A DNA stretch of 64,000 nucleotides from Aggregatibacter segnis. Lineage in GTDB: Bacteria; Pseudomonadota; Gammaproteobacteria; Enterobacterales; Pasteurellaceae. The stretch lies in NCBI GenBank assembly GCA_938021175.1, contig CALIHN010000006.1, positions 62,206 through 126,205 of the forward strand, in the 5' to 3' direction. Made by a program: the position numbers and the translations under genes. Shown here one piece after another: positions 33,652 to 42,509 of this stretch; within the stretch, counting starts at the first letter, position 1, and the number at the start of each line of letters is the position of its first letter. Under the pieces are notes generated by a model. The model saw only the letters and a list, made by a program, of their open reading frames with translations. It was not told the DNA's origin and did no database searches.

Positions 33652-33675
33652 CTCTCTTCTCTTTGTCTTTGTAGT

Positions 33676-33738
33676 GACAGACTTTATGTCTGTCCTTATA
33701 TATTCAACTTTGGCATCGGACAGGCATAAAGCCTGTCC
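33676..33738. repeat. Pair of related small palindromic hairpin elements in the GT2-GT2 intergenic gap
   Basis: GACAGAC-TTTAT-GTCTGTC (33676-33694) and GGACAGGC-ATAAA-GCCTGTCC (33718-33738); the loops are reverse complements of each other and the stems differ by a single base pair. Confidence 0.6.
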
Positions 33739-33747
33739 CTACAAACA

Positions 33748-34629
33748 TCACATAAACCGTTTCAAATTAATTGCCAATTTGGGGGAAATTAAAACGACCA
33801 AGGCAATCACTAGCTGCTTAATACTTTTCGTTAATTTAAAAATCTCAAAATAGTAAAAAGCGGCTTTACGGGATAAATTCATGATATGTGGATACGCCAA
33901 AATGTAGCTCGCATTAATATTGAAATTGCGCGCCTGTGCCTCCGTTTTCACATAATGCTGACGGATATATTCAATGGCTTTTTGCGTATTAGTGGTATCC
34001 GTAGAAACGCTCGAACGCTTAGTATGGAAAGTACAATGGGTTAAAGGTGCGTTGATTTTATACGGCTTAAAACTTGGCTCTTGCAACAATTTCAGCAAGA
34101 AATCGTAGTCTTCCAAAGATCGAAGTGCGGTGGATAATCCACCTATTTTTAAAAACAGATCTTTTTTCACCCCAATCATCGGCATACCACCGATTTTATT
34201 CGCCAGTAAAATTCGCTCTACGCTAATCTCTTGTGGCTCAATCGGGTTGGTCACATAGCTAAAACCTTCATTCACCATTTCACATTTCGCCGGATGATAG
34301 ACAAAATTAATGTCTTGGTGCGCTGCGATGGTTTCCGCCAATATTTCGCATTTATTGGGCGCAAAGCGATCATCATCATCTAAAAACAACAACCATGCCT
34401 GCTGCGCAGAGCGCGCTCCGATATTGCGGCTTTCCGCAGCGCCTTGATTGGTTTCATTACGAATAACGTTAATCGAGAATGGATAAGATTGTGTGACTTC
34501 AACGGGCTCTTTCGAGCAATCATCCACAATCACCACATCAAAATTATAAGTGGTTTGCTTGGTTAAACTTTCCAATAATACTGGAATTTCATCTTTTCGA
34601 TTATAAGAAGGAACAATGATACTGAACAT
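33748..34629 (-). CDS. Family-2 glycosyltransferase
   Basis: MFSIIVPSYNR...VVIVDDCS...DDDD motifs; 293 aa. Confidence 0.85.
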   Translation of the reverse strand: MFSIIVPSYNRKDEIPVLLESLTKQTTYNFDVVIVDDCSKEPVEVTQSYPFSINVIRNETNQGAAESRNIGARSAQQAWLLFLDDDDRFAPNKCEILAETIAAHQDINFVYHPAKCEMVNEGFSYVTNPIEPQEISVERILLANKIGGMPMIGVKKDLFLKIGGLSTALRSLEDYDFLLKLLQEPSFKPYKINAPLTHCTFHTKRSSVSTDTTNTQKAIEYIRQHYVKTEAQARNFNINASYILAYPHIMNLSRKAAFYYFEIFKLTKSIKQLVIALVVLISPKLAINLKRFM

Positions 34630-35822
34630 TAGTTCGCCTCCTTTTGTTTGAACAACACAAGCTGTTTCCCTTGGCTACCGAACAACGATAAAAACATCAA
34701 CATCACAAACATAATGCCCGGGAAAGCAAAAGTATCGGCTTTCACGTTGCAAAGGGACAAAATCGCCAACGTGGAAAGTGTAAATTTCCAGCTGCCATCA
34801 AACCAATTTAACGCCACCTTGCGCACAAAATAGAAGGTCACGACAAAACACACCAAAGCATAAGACACACCACCATATAGAATTTGGCGTAAAAAACCGG
34901 AATCGGTATGGCCGTAATAACGTCCAACGACCAACTCACCTGTCATATACATGCCATCACCTTGAATAAATTGTTTTAATGTCGGCATAAACAAATGGTT
35001 TTTCATGAGCGTATCCGTTGAAGAACTCACAAAGCCTTCTCCGTGTAATAAATTGATCACCGGTTCAAGTGCATGAGCCACATACGGATTTTCCGGTAGG
35101 AAATACGCCAGTAATAACACTAACAACACAAAAGAAATTAACGCCGGAAGATACCGCACTTTGAAATACACCAAAATGCTGATCACAGAAATGGTGAGGA
35201 AGGTTCTGCCTGAAATCAGCCCGATACATAACATGAAAAAAATCAGCACGCTCGGCAAGGTATTCTGTTTCGCGTTATACGCCAACAAGAAATGAAACAA
35301 CATTAAATAGAACAAACTCAATTGGAAAAAAGCCGCCGAGGTGACGTTATATAAGCGATATTCTTGCTCGGATCCATAAAAACGATCAGGTAATAATGCG
35401 TTCGTGGAAAGCAAGAAATCCACGATCCAAGACACGCCAAGCAACGCCAACAAGCCCAATACAAATTGCAGAATCACGCCAATCTGTAAATCCTTCACAA
35501 CAGTGAGTTGACCGTTTGGACGGGCATAAAATGCATTATAAATCCCCACGCCAAACACAAATAAAATCAGCAATTTCACATACATACTGATCACGGAGAA
35601 ATCTCGCGTGCCGTTGATAAGCAATGGAATCAGGCTAAATAAAATTAAGCCCAACAACACCGCCAAGCTGTCTAACGGCAACACAATGCCCTGCGTCTGT
35701 TGCTTTTTAACATAGCGATATGCCAAAAACAGGAAGGCCACCAGCCCGACTATCCATGACATACGTAACACATGGAATAACCAAGGATCGTAGAGATAAA
35801 AAAGATTAAAAAGTGCGGTCAT
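34629..35822 (-). CDS. wzy: Polytopic membrane protein, probable Wzy-type oligosaccharide-repeat polymerase (O-antigen ligase-like)
   Basis: ~10-12 predicted TM helices with a large periplasmic loop; sits inside a GT/Wzx cluster. Confidence 0.65.
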   Translation of the reverse strand: MTALFNLFYLYDPWLFHVLRMSWIVGLVAFLFLAYRYVKKQQTQGIVLPLDSLAVLLGLILFSLIPLLINGTRDFSVISMYVKLLILFVFGVGIYNAFYARPNGQLTVVKDLQIGVILQFVLGLLALLGVSWIVDFLLSTNALLPDRFYGSEQEYRLYNVTSAAFFQLSLFYLMLFHFLLAYNAKQNTLPSVLIFFMLCIGLISGRTFLTISVISILVYFKVRYLPALISFVLLVLLLAYFLPENPYVAHALEPVINLLHGEGFVSSSTDTLMKNHLFMPTLKQFIQGDGMYMTGELVVGRYYGHTDSGFLRQILYGGVSYALVCFVVTFYFVRKVALNWFDGSWKFTLSTLAILSLCNVKADTFAFPGIMFVMLMFLSLFGSQGKQLVLFKQKEAN

Positions 35823-35830
35823 TTTTTTCG

Positions 35831-36601
35831 TTATTTTCCTAAATTCTTTTTAATTGCAAACAGTTTCTTTAACGGGTATTTCAATAATTTTTTTGCCAAA
35901 TTATTGGATTTAGATCCGCGAATCGCCTCGAGATTGCTCATGAGGGTTGGATTTTCAATAGCCATTAACGGGCGTACCACCTTGTTATTTAGGTGAAATT
36001 GCGTTTCAAACAACAGGAAATCATCTGCCAACCAAAAAGCTTTTTCTTGCGTCAATACTTCAAGAAAACGGCGAGCTGCAGACTTTTTAATGAGATACGC
36101 CACCGTGCCGGCAAAATAACTTTTATACGGATATGCCACCGTCACATCCGCGACTTTTTGACGTAAAAAAGAAAATGTCGTCGGATAATTAATTTCCAAT
36201 TCCACGTCATTAAAAGTCGCGATTTTAGATTGCCCGATGAGAACAATATCTGCCGAACACTGTTGGGTTAAAAGTGCGGTCGTTTTTTCCGATAAATCGG
36301 CATTAAACAGCGCATCATCTTCACATACCAAGGCATAATCCGTTTCCGCAATACGCTCATCGGCAACAATTCGGTGATAAACCTCAAGATGGCTCAAGGT
36401 ACAGCCTATTTCACCTTTTGTGACGTTGCGCCCATAATGTTGCTCAAACTTTGTCGGATTGAACACTTCGGCCAATGCATCCCATTCTTTCTGCATGGTG
36501 TTAATCGCGGAAAACACCTCAAAATCTGCTGTGTTCGGTTGAGAAAAAAACAATTCGCGACGCTGAACGTCCTTATCTAACGAAATCAAATATTTCTTCA
36601 T
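35831..36601 (-). CDS. Family-25 glycosyltransferase (Lic2A/LpsA/LgtB-like LOS glycosyltransferase)
   Basis: GT25 signature region ([13 protein letters not shown]...GEIGCTLSH); ATG at 36601 chosen, since the upstream ORF-track start is TTG. Confidence 0.8.
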   Translation of the reverse strand: MKKYLISLDKDVQRRELFFSQPNTADFEVFSAINTMQKEWDALAEVFNPTKFEQHYGRNVTKGEIGCTLSHLEVYHRIVADERIAETDYALVCEDDALFNADLSEKTTALLTQQCSADIVLIGQSKIATFNDVELEINYPTTFSFLRQKVADVTVAYPYKSYFAGTVAYLIKKSAARRFLEVLTQEKAFWLADDFLLFETQFHLNNKVVRPLMAIENPTLMSNLEAIRGSKSNNLAKKLLKYPLKKLFAIKKNLGK

Positions 36602-36678
36602 AAAAAATCTCAATAAAAATCGATTGTCTGCTGGTTTGTCTGTCAGTAGGCGGGAAACCGAAATAGTTGCATAAAAGA

Positions 36679-36707
36679 TTGCTGATTATACTAAAGAAAT
36701 CTATAAT
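36679..36707 (+). promoter_or_regulatory. Putative sigma-70 promoter for the wzx-pyruvyltransferase-DUF218 operon
   Basis: TTGCTG, 17-bp spacer, TATAAT (36702-36707). Confidence 0.5.
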
Positions 36708-36750
36708 CCCCCACCTATTTTACGGTAAAAACACAAGTTCGATTTTCCCG

Positions 36751-38274
36751 ATGTCCAACAAAACCATTGCTAAAAACACCCTCTTTCTTTATATCCGCAT
36801 GTTGTTCAATATGGGCGCGATGTTGTATATCTCGCGCGTGGTGTTGCGCGTATTAGGCGTGGAAGATTTCGGGATCTACAACATTGTCATGGGCGTGGTG
36901 ATTTTGTTCTCTTTCTTTAACGGCACCATGACCGCCACCACACAACGCTTCATTAACGTAGAAAAAGCCTCCAACGACAGCAAGCGCATCAATAAAGTCT
37001 TTAACATCAGTATTCTCAATCACTTATTGATTATGTTGGTTGTGGTGGTATTGGCAGAAACTGTTGGGCTGTGGTTCCTTAATCATAAATTAATTATTCC
37101 TGCCGCGCGTATGCAAGCGGCCAATATTGTTTATCAAGTCGCCTTAATCATTGCCTTGATTGAAATTATCAAAGTGCCTTTTAACGCCATGATTGTCGCC
37201 CATGAACGCATGTCTTTTTATGCCTGGCTGGGATTGGCAGAAACCGCCTTTAAACTGACCGCTATCTTTATTTTGATGCATATCGAACACTACGACAAAC
37301 TGATTTCTTATAGCCTCTTATTGTTGTGTGTCAGCCTATTGGTATTTACCCTTTATTTTCGTTTCACACGCAAGGCTTTCTACACGGAAACCCGTTTCCA
37401 TTTTGAGAAAGATTTGCATACCACCAAAGAAATGATGAGCTTTTCCGGCTGGATGCTGGTGGGACAACTCGCTTATGTAGGATCAACGCAAGGGTTGAAT
37501 ATGGTGACCAATCTGTTCTTCGGCGTTGCCGCAAATGCGGCGGTCGGTATTGCGACTCAAGTAGATACCGCCGTGTATAGTTTTGTGAACAACTTCCAAG
37601 TGGCATTTAATCCGCAACTGGTGCAATCCTATGCGGCAAAAGACTATGAGCGAAATAAAAAGTTGATCTTGGGCACCTCAAAATATTCTTTCTACTTAAT
37701 CGCCATTTTATCTGCGCCGGTACTGTATTTCAGTCATACCTTACTGACCCTCTGGTTGGGCGATAACGTACCGATGTACACCGATAAACTGGTACAAGCC
37801 ACGCTTGTTTGTTCCCTCATCAGTGCCATGGCGGGGTCGTTTTGGATGACGGCGTTAGCCATAGGTTCTAAAACCATTAAACAATACAACGTTATCTTGG
37901 CGATTATCGATCTTTGCACCGTGCCGCTTGCCTATTATCTGTTTACTTTAGGCTACAATCCGGTCTATGCCTTTATCGGTAAATTCTGCACCGCACTTTT
38001 CATGCAGCTTTATCGTCTCTACTTTATTAACAAAAGAATTAAATTTAATCGCAAAGAATTTGTCTCATACTTAACAAATATCAGCTTGGTTTTCGCCTTA
38101 TTATTAGGCTTAATTTATTTCTCGGACACACAGCGAACCTACTCATTCTTGGAATTTGTAGGAGAAGCGTTCCTTCTTGAAGTCGTACTCATTTCAGTCA
38201 TCTTAATGGTGGGATTAAACAAAACTGAAAAAGACTTTTTATTTAGCTATTTAAGAAAAAGAGTGAAAAGATGA
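36751..38274 (+). CDS. wzx: Wzx-type flippase (MOP/polysaccharide biosynthesis protein family)
   Basis: 12-14 predicted TM helices; N-terminus MSNKTIAKNTLFLYIRMLFNMGAMLYISRVVLRVLG typical of Wzx. Start set at 36751 because the longer ORF-track start overlaps the promoter. Confidence 0.8.
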   Translation: MSNKTIAKNTLFLYIRMLFNMGAMLYISRVVLRVLGVEDFGIYNIVMGVVILFSFFNGTMTATTQRFINVEKASNDSKRINKVFNISILNHLLIMLVVVVLAETVGLWFLNHKLIIPAARMQAANIVYQVALIIALIEIIKVPFNAMIVAHERMSFYAWLGLAETAFKLTAIFILMHIEHYDKLISYSLLLLCVSLLVFTLYFRFTRKAFYTETRFHFEKDLHTTKEMMSFSGWMLVGQLAYVGSTQGLNMVTNLFFGVAANAAVGIATQVDTAVYSFVNNFQVAFNPQLVQSYAAKDYERNKKLILGTSKYSFYLIAILSAPVLYFSHTLLTLWLGDNVPMYTDKLVQATLVCSLISAMAGSFWMTALAIGSKTIKQYNVILAIIDLCTVPLAYYLFTLGYNPVYAFIGKFCTALFMQLYRLYFINKRIKFNRKEFVSYLTNISLVFALLLGLIYFSDTQRTYSFLEFVGEAFLLEVVLISVILMVGLNKTEKDFLFSYLRKRVKR

Positions 38275-39236
38275 ATCAACAACTCATTGATTTAAAAAAC
38301 AAGTTAGCTCCGATTGCAGATTTAATTCAAGATAAAAACGATGTTTTTTATCTTGATTATCCATTGCATTTAAACGTGGGCGATTTATTGATTTATCACG
38401 GAACAGAACAGTTTTTTACGGATCACAATATTCGTGTCACCTTAAAACGCAGTGAATTTGATGTGGACATTGAAGAACTGAAACAAAAAATCACCCCAAA
38501 CACCACAATTTTGCTCCACGGCGGGGGGAATTTCGGTGATCTTTATCCGCAACACCAAAAAATTCGCGAAACGGTGGTACAAACCTTTCCAAACAATCGG
38601 GTGATTGTGTTGCCACAAACGTTATTCTATAAAAGCCAAGAAACGTTAGAAAAATCCGCCGCACTTTTTGCCCAACATTCAGATTGTCATTTACTGGCAC
38701 GAGACGAAAGAACGGCAAAAACTTTTGAACAGTTTTCACCAAACGTGTATTTATCACCGGACATGGCGCATGAACTGTACGGGACATTGCCGACTAAAAA
38801 GACACACAGCGGAAACACCCTCTATTTCCTGCGTAAAGACATCGAAGCCAGTGATATTGAAAAAAATATTACCGCACAACTCCCAGCGGGAAGTCATATT
38901 AAAGACTGGGAAGATATGTTGTCTGAACGAGACGATTTAGTCTTAGCCGCGACTTGGCGTTTAGCTAAATTCGCCAAGCGTCATCAGTTAACCGGCTTAA
39001 AAAATATTGTTCATCGCTTTTGGAAAGCATACACCAAACACATTATAAAACGCGTTGCCAAAACGTTTTTAAGCTATGACAACATCACCACGACGCGTCT
39101 GCACGGTCACATTTTTTCCTGTTTATTGGAAATCCCGAACGTGGTTTGCGATAACTCTTACGGCAAAAACACCGGCTATGCTAATTTATGGACAAAAGAA
39201 CTGGATTTTGTCGAGTTTTACACGCAACAAAAATAA
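38271..39236 (+). CDS. Polysaccharide pyruvyl transferase (WcaK/AmsJ/CsaB family)
   Basis: LHGGGNFGDLY motif and overall PS-pyruvyl-transferase architecture; 4-nt overlap with wzx. Confidence 0.7.
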   Translation: MNQQLIDLKNKLAPIADLIQDKNDVFYLDYPLHLNVGDLLIYHGTEQFFTDHNIRVTLKRSEFDVDIEELKQKITPNTTILLHGGGNFGDLYPQHQKIRETVVQTFPNNRVIVLPQTLFYKSQETLEKSAALFAQHSDCHLLARDERTAKTFEQFSPNVYLSPDMAHELYGTLPTKKTHSGNTLYFLRKDIEASDIEKNITAQLPAGSHIKDWEDMLSERDDLVLAATWRLAKFAKRHQLTGLKNIVHRFWKAYTKHIIKRVAKTFLSYDNITTTRLHGHIFSCLLEIPNVVCDNSYGKNTGYANLWTKELDFVEFYTQQK

Positions 39237-39267
39237 GATGTTGTGCATTGATTAATGGAATAAAGTC

Positions 39268-40011
39268 ATGTTTGAACTCAAAAAACTCATCACAGCCATG
39301 ATGCTACCGCCATTTAATATTTTGATTTTATGGCTATTTTCGCTTTTATTTTCATTCTTTAAATACAAAACATTAAGCCGCCTTTGTGCATTTTTCGGCA
39401 TTGTGCTGCTCTATCTTGTCAGCATTCCCTACACGGCACAAACCTTAAAAGACAGCTTAGTCACCGAAGATCATTTAACCTTAAACGATTATAAACAGGC
39501 TGAAGCCATCGTGTTATTGGGCGGAGGCGTGCGTGATAGCAAAGAACTCTATGCACCACTTGCGTCTTCTGCCACACAACTAGAACGTTTGCGCTATGCG
39601 GCTTATTTGCAAAAAGAAACGCAGTTGCCCTTGTTGATTAGCGGTGTCAGCCCGACCGGTGCCTCAGAAGGCAAAGTTTCCGCCCAAGAATTACAGACGT
39701 TCTTTAATGTGCCAACGAAATGGCTAGAAGAAAAATCTTTAACCACCAAAGAAAATGCCTTATACACCCGTCAATTACTAGAAAAAGAAGGCATCCATAA
39801 AATCATTCTGGTGACCAATGAATGGCATATGCAACGGGCAAAACTCTTGTTTCAACAGCAAGGCTTTGATGTCTTGCCGGCAAGCGTAGGCGAGGGCATA
39901 ACACCGGACAGTTACGGATTAAACATGATGCACTTTGTGCCTCAAGCCGGGGCAATGGCAAAAAATATGCAATTACTGAAAGAGTGGATCGGCTACCTCA
40001 AAGAGAAATAA
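39268..40011 (+). CDS. DUF218 / ElyC(YcbC)-SanA family envelope-biogenesis protein with N-terminal TM
   Basis: VLLGGG...LISG...IILVTNEWHMQRA DUF218 hallmarks. Confidence 0.75.
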   Translation: MFELKKLITAMMLPPFNILILWLFSLLFSFFKYKTLSRLCAFFGIVLLYLVSIPYTAQTLKDSLVTEDHLTLNDYKQAEAIVLLGGGVRDSKELYAPLASSATQLERLRYAAYLQKETQLPLLISGVSPTGASEGKVSAQELQTFFNVPTKWLEEKSLTTKENALYTRQLLEKEGIHKIILVTNEWHMQRAKLLFQQQGFDVLPASVGEGITPDSYGLNMMHFVPQAGAMAKNMQLLKEWIGYLKEK

Positions 40012-40051
40012 TGTCTCTGTTTTTCCACCGCACTTTTAATCAATTCCTCGT

Positions 40052-40083
40052 AAAAATGCGCCCTTCTTCAGGCGCATTTTTTA
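40052..40083 (+). terminator. Rho-independent terminator after the DUF218 gene
   Basis: AATGCGCC-CTTCTTCA-GGCGCATT followed by a T6 run. Confidence 0.8.
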
Positions 40084-40187
40084 TATCTATTTATCTTTTA
40101 TTTGCGATCAAGTTCACAAAAGTCACGGACATTTTTCGCCAGACTCAACGCCTTGTTTTAGGATAATTTTTATTTCAAGGTCTCCTT

Positions 40188-41018
40188 ATGCGCTATTTTA
40201 AACTTTTCTTTAGCCTGCTCTTTTTTAGTGTTTATTGTTACGCTGAAAAACCTGATTTAATGTTGTTAGAAAACTATAAAGATCAAAACGTAACCGGATG
40301 GGTTATGAGTGAAAAATTGGATGGTGTGCGTGGCTATTGGGACGGCAAACAGCTTTTTACTCGAGGAGGCGTTACCCTGACGCCACCCGCTTATTTTCTA
40401 GAAAATTTTCCGCCTTTTGCCATTGATGGCGAATTATTTAGCCAACGTGATCAATTTGCGGAAATATCTTCTATCGTGCGCGCTTATCAAGATAAGGGTT
40501 GGCATACATTAAAACTATATGTCTTTGATGTGCCTGATGCCAAAGGAGATTTATTTACCCGCTTGGCTACATTAAAAGCCTATTTAGCAAAACATCCCTC
40601 TCAATACATTAAAATCATCGAACAGACTCCTATTGAAAGCCCGGAGCATATTCGACAATTTCTACAGCAAGTAGAGCAGCAAAAAGGCGAAGGCATCGTG
40701 ATTCGTAACCCCAATGCGCCTTACGAAAGAAAACGCAGTTCACAAATTCTTAAATTAAAGACCGCACTTGATGAAGAATGCACGGTGATTGCCCACCATG
40801 CCGGCAAAGGCCAATTTGAGAATGTCATGGGATCGCTTACCTGCGAGAATCACCGTGGTCAATTCAAAATTGGTTCCGGGTTTAAATTGGCTGATCGCAT
40901 CAATCCCCCACCTATCGGTTCAAGCATCACCTATAAATACCGCGGGTTAACCAACAAGGGGAAACCAAGATTTGCCACTTACTGGCGCAAGAAAATCGAA
41001 GAACCAAGCGCACCATAA
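40188..41018 (+). CDS. ATP-dependent DNA ligase, periplasmic (Lig E type) with signal peptide
   Basis: Signal peptide MRYFKLFFSLLFFSVYCYA; KxDG adenylation motif SEKLDGVRGYW; 276 aa, as in the Haemophilus/Neisseria minimal ligases. Confidence 0.88.
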   Translation: MRYFKLFFSLLFFSVYCYAEKPDLMLLENYKDQNVTGWVMSEKLDGVRGYWDGKQLFTRGGVTLTPPAYFLENFPPFAIDGELFSQRDQFAEISSIVRAYQDKGWHTLKLYVFDVPDAKGDLFTRLATLKAYLAKHPSQYIKIIEQTPIESPEHIRQFLQQVEQQKGEGIVIRNPNAPYERKRSSQILKLKTALDEECTVIAHHAGKGQFENVMGSLTCENHRGQFKIGSGFKLADRINPPPIGSSITYKYRGLTNKGKPRFATYWRKKIEEPSAP

Positions 41019-41022
41019 AACA

Positions 41023-41057
41023 TAAAAAAAGTGCGGTGAAATTTCACCGCACTTTTT
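41023..41057. terminator. Perfect inverted uptake-sequence hairpin, bidirectional terminator (ligase / truB)
   Basis: AAAGTGCGGTGAAA / TTTCACCGCACTTT, 14-bp stem with A and T runs. Confidence 0.8.
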
Positions 41058-41976
41058 ATTCATACACCACTAATCGCTGTGGTCGAATCACGTTATTTTC
41101 ATCAATCACTGCCACACCAAGGAAGCGATTTTCATGAGAAAACAACCGCACTTGACCTTGTAGCCTGTTAAGGTTATCGAATTTGATACGTTGACCAAAT
41201 CCGATACCTTGTGTTTGGCTTTCATTTAAGGTTAACGCCGACAATTTTGCCACGGCAGTATCCATCGGCAATAATAAGGCATCTAACAAACTCAAATCTT
41301 CCTGTTCTGCCAAGCTTTGTAAAGCGTGCCAATCTAGCATTTTTTCTGTCGGATAATCCGCCACTGCTGTGCGACGCAACATCGTTACATGGGCGCCACA
41401 GCCCAACGCCTCTCCTAAATCATCAACCAAAGTGCGAATGTAGGTGCCTTTGGAACAATGTACCTCAAGGGTTAAATAGGGCGCATTATATTCGATGAAG
41501 TTCAGTTCAAAGATCGTAATCGGGCGCGCTTCGCGCTCCACGGTTATACCTTGACGAGCATATTCATAAAGCGGTTTGCCATTGTACTTCAACGCGGAAA
41601 ACATGGTCGGCACTTGCAAAATATTCCCACGGAATTGTTCAAGTGCGGTCAGAATTTCAGGCGTTTTGACGTTCACATCACGGCTTTCGACAATCTGTCC
41701 TTCTGCATCCGATGTGTCCGTGCGTTCTCCCAGTTTTGCCGTGACTAAATAACGTTTGTCTGCATCTAGCAAAAACTGCGAAAACTTGGTAGCTTCGCCC
41801 AAACAGATAGGCAACATTCCGGTAGCCAGCGGATCTAACGCGCCGGTATGCCCAGCTTTGTTTGCCTGAAAAATACGTTTCACTTTTTGCATGATGTCGT
41901 TGGAAGACATACCTTGCGGCTTATCCAACAAAAACACGCCATGAATATCACGCCCACGTTTACGCGGTTTGGACAT
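41056..41976 (-). CDS. truB: tRNA pseudouridine-55 synthase
   Basis: [25 protein letters not shown]...GHTGALDP catalytic Asp motif. Confidence 0.95.
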   Translation of the reverse strand: MSKPRKRGRDIHGVFLLDKPQGMSSNDIMQKVKRIFQANKAGHTGALDPLATGMLPICLGEATKFSQFLLDADKRYLVTAKLGERTDTSDAEGQIVESRDVNVKTPEILTALEQFRGNILQVPTMFSALKYNGKPLYEYARQGITVEREARPITIFELNFIEYNAPYLTLEVHCSKGTYIRTLVDDLGEALGCGAHVTMLRRTAVADYPTEKMLDWHALQSLAEQEDLSLLDALLLPMDTAVAKLSALTLNESQTQGIGFGQRIKFDNLNRLQGQVRLFSHENRFLGVAVIDENNVIRPQRLVVYE

Positions 41977-42362
41977 TAGTCTTTGTCCTCAACGTGTTTT
42001 TTCTCATCTTCGCGCAAAACATTTGTCACCAAGTTAGACATGCGCATACCTTCCACCAAAGATTGATCGTAAATAAAACGAATCTCCGGCACGATACGCA
42101 GACGCATAGCTTTGCCTAACAGCGTGCGAATATAAGGCGCGGCTTTTTCTAAGCCTTTCATGCCCTGCGCAATCGCTTGTTCATCGTGATCAAATAAGAA
42201 GGTGACGAAAACTTTTGCATAAGCTAAATCACTGGACACTTCCACGTCGGACACCGTCACCATGCCAATACGGGGATCTTTCACTTCGCGCTGTAAAATC
42301 ACCGCGATTTCTTTTTGGATTTCTTGTGCGACACGGTCGCTACGTTTGAATTCTCGAGCCAT
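41976..42362 (-). CDS. rbfA: Ribosome-binding factor A
   Basis: [26 protein letters not shown] aligns to the E. coli RbfA start; the ORF-track N-terminal extension was rejected. Confidence 0.9.
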   Translation of the reverse strand: MAREFKRSDRVAQEIQKEIAVILQREVKDPRIGMVTVSDVEVSSDLAYAKVFVTFLFDHDEQAIAQGMKGLEKAAPYIRTLLGKAMRLRIVPEIRFIYDQSLVEGMRMSNLVTNVLREDEKKHVEDKD

Positions 42363-42471
42363 TTTGTTTCTCTTTAATTGTCCGCAGGCAAATATACCCA
42401 CGGTTAGGCCTAATGCTTCCCCTTTGGGAATGCTTGTATACAGCCATAAAGGTAACGCATTACCCTAGGCA

Positions 42472-42505
42472 AAAAGTGCGGTCAAATTTGACCGCACTTT
42501 CTTTT
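42472..42505 (-). promoter_or_regulatory. Uptake-sequence hairpin + U-run between infB and rbfA (partial terminator/attenuator)
   Basis: AAAGTGCGGTCAAA / TTTGACCGCACTTT; on the minus strand a UUUUU tract follows. Confidence 0.5.
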
Positions 42506-42509
42506 AAGA

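Noticed and set aside
36541-36556. Poly-T(7) tract in the 5' coding region of the GT25 gene as a possible phase-variation switch
   Set aside because: Seven nucleotides is short for efficient slipped-strand mispairing. No tetranucleotide (CAAT/GCAA/AGTC) repeats of the kind Haemophilus uses were seen in any glycosyltransferase gene in the window.
36614-36752. Possible JUMPstart/ops (GGCGGTAGCGTG) element upstream of wzx
   Set aside because: The region has GTAGGCGGG, but neither the ops consensus nor the JUMPstart 39-mer is present in either orientation.
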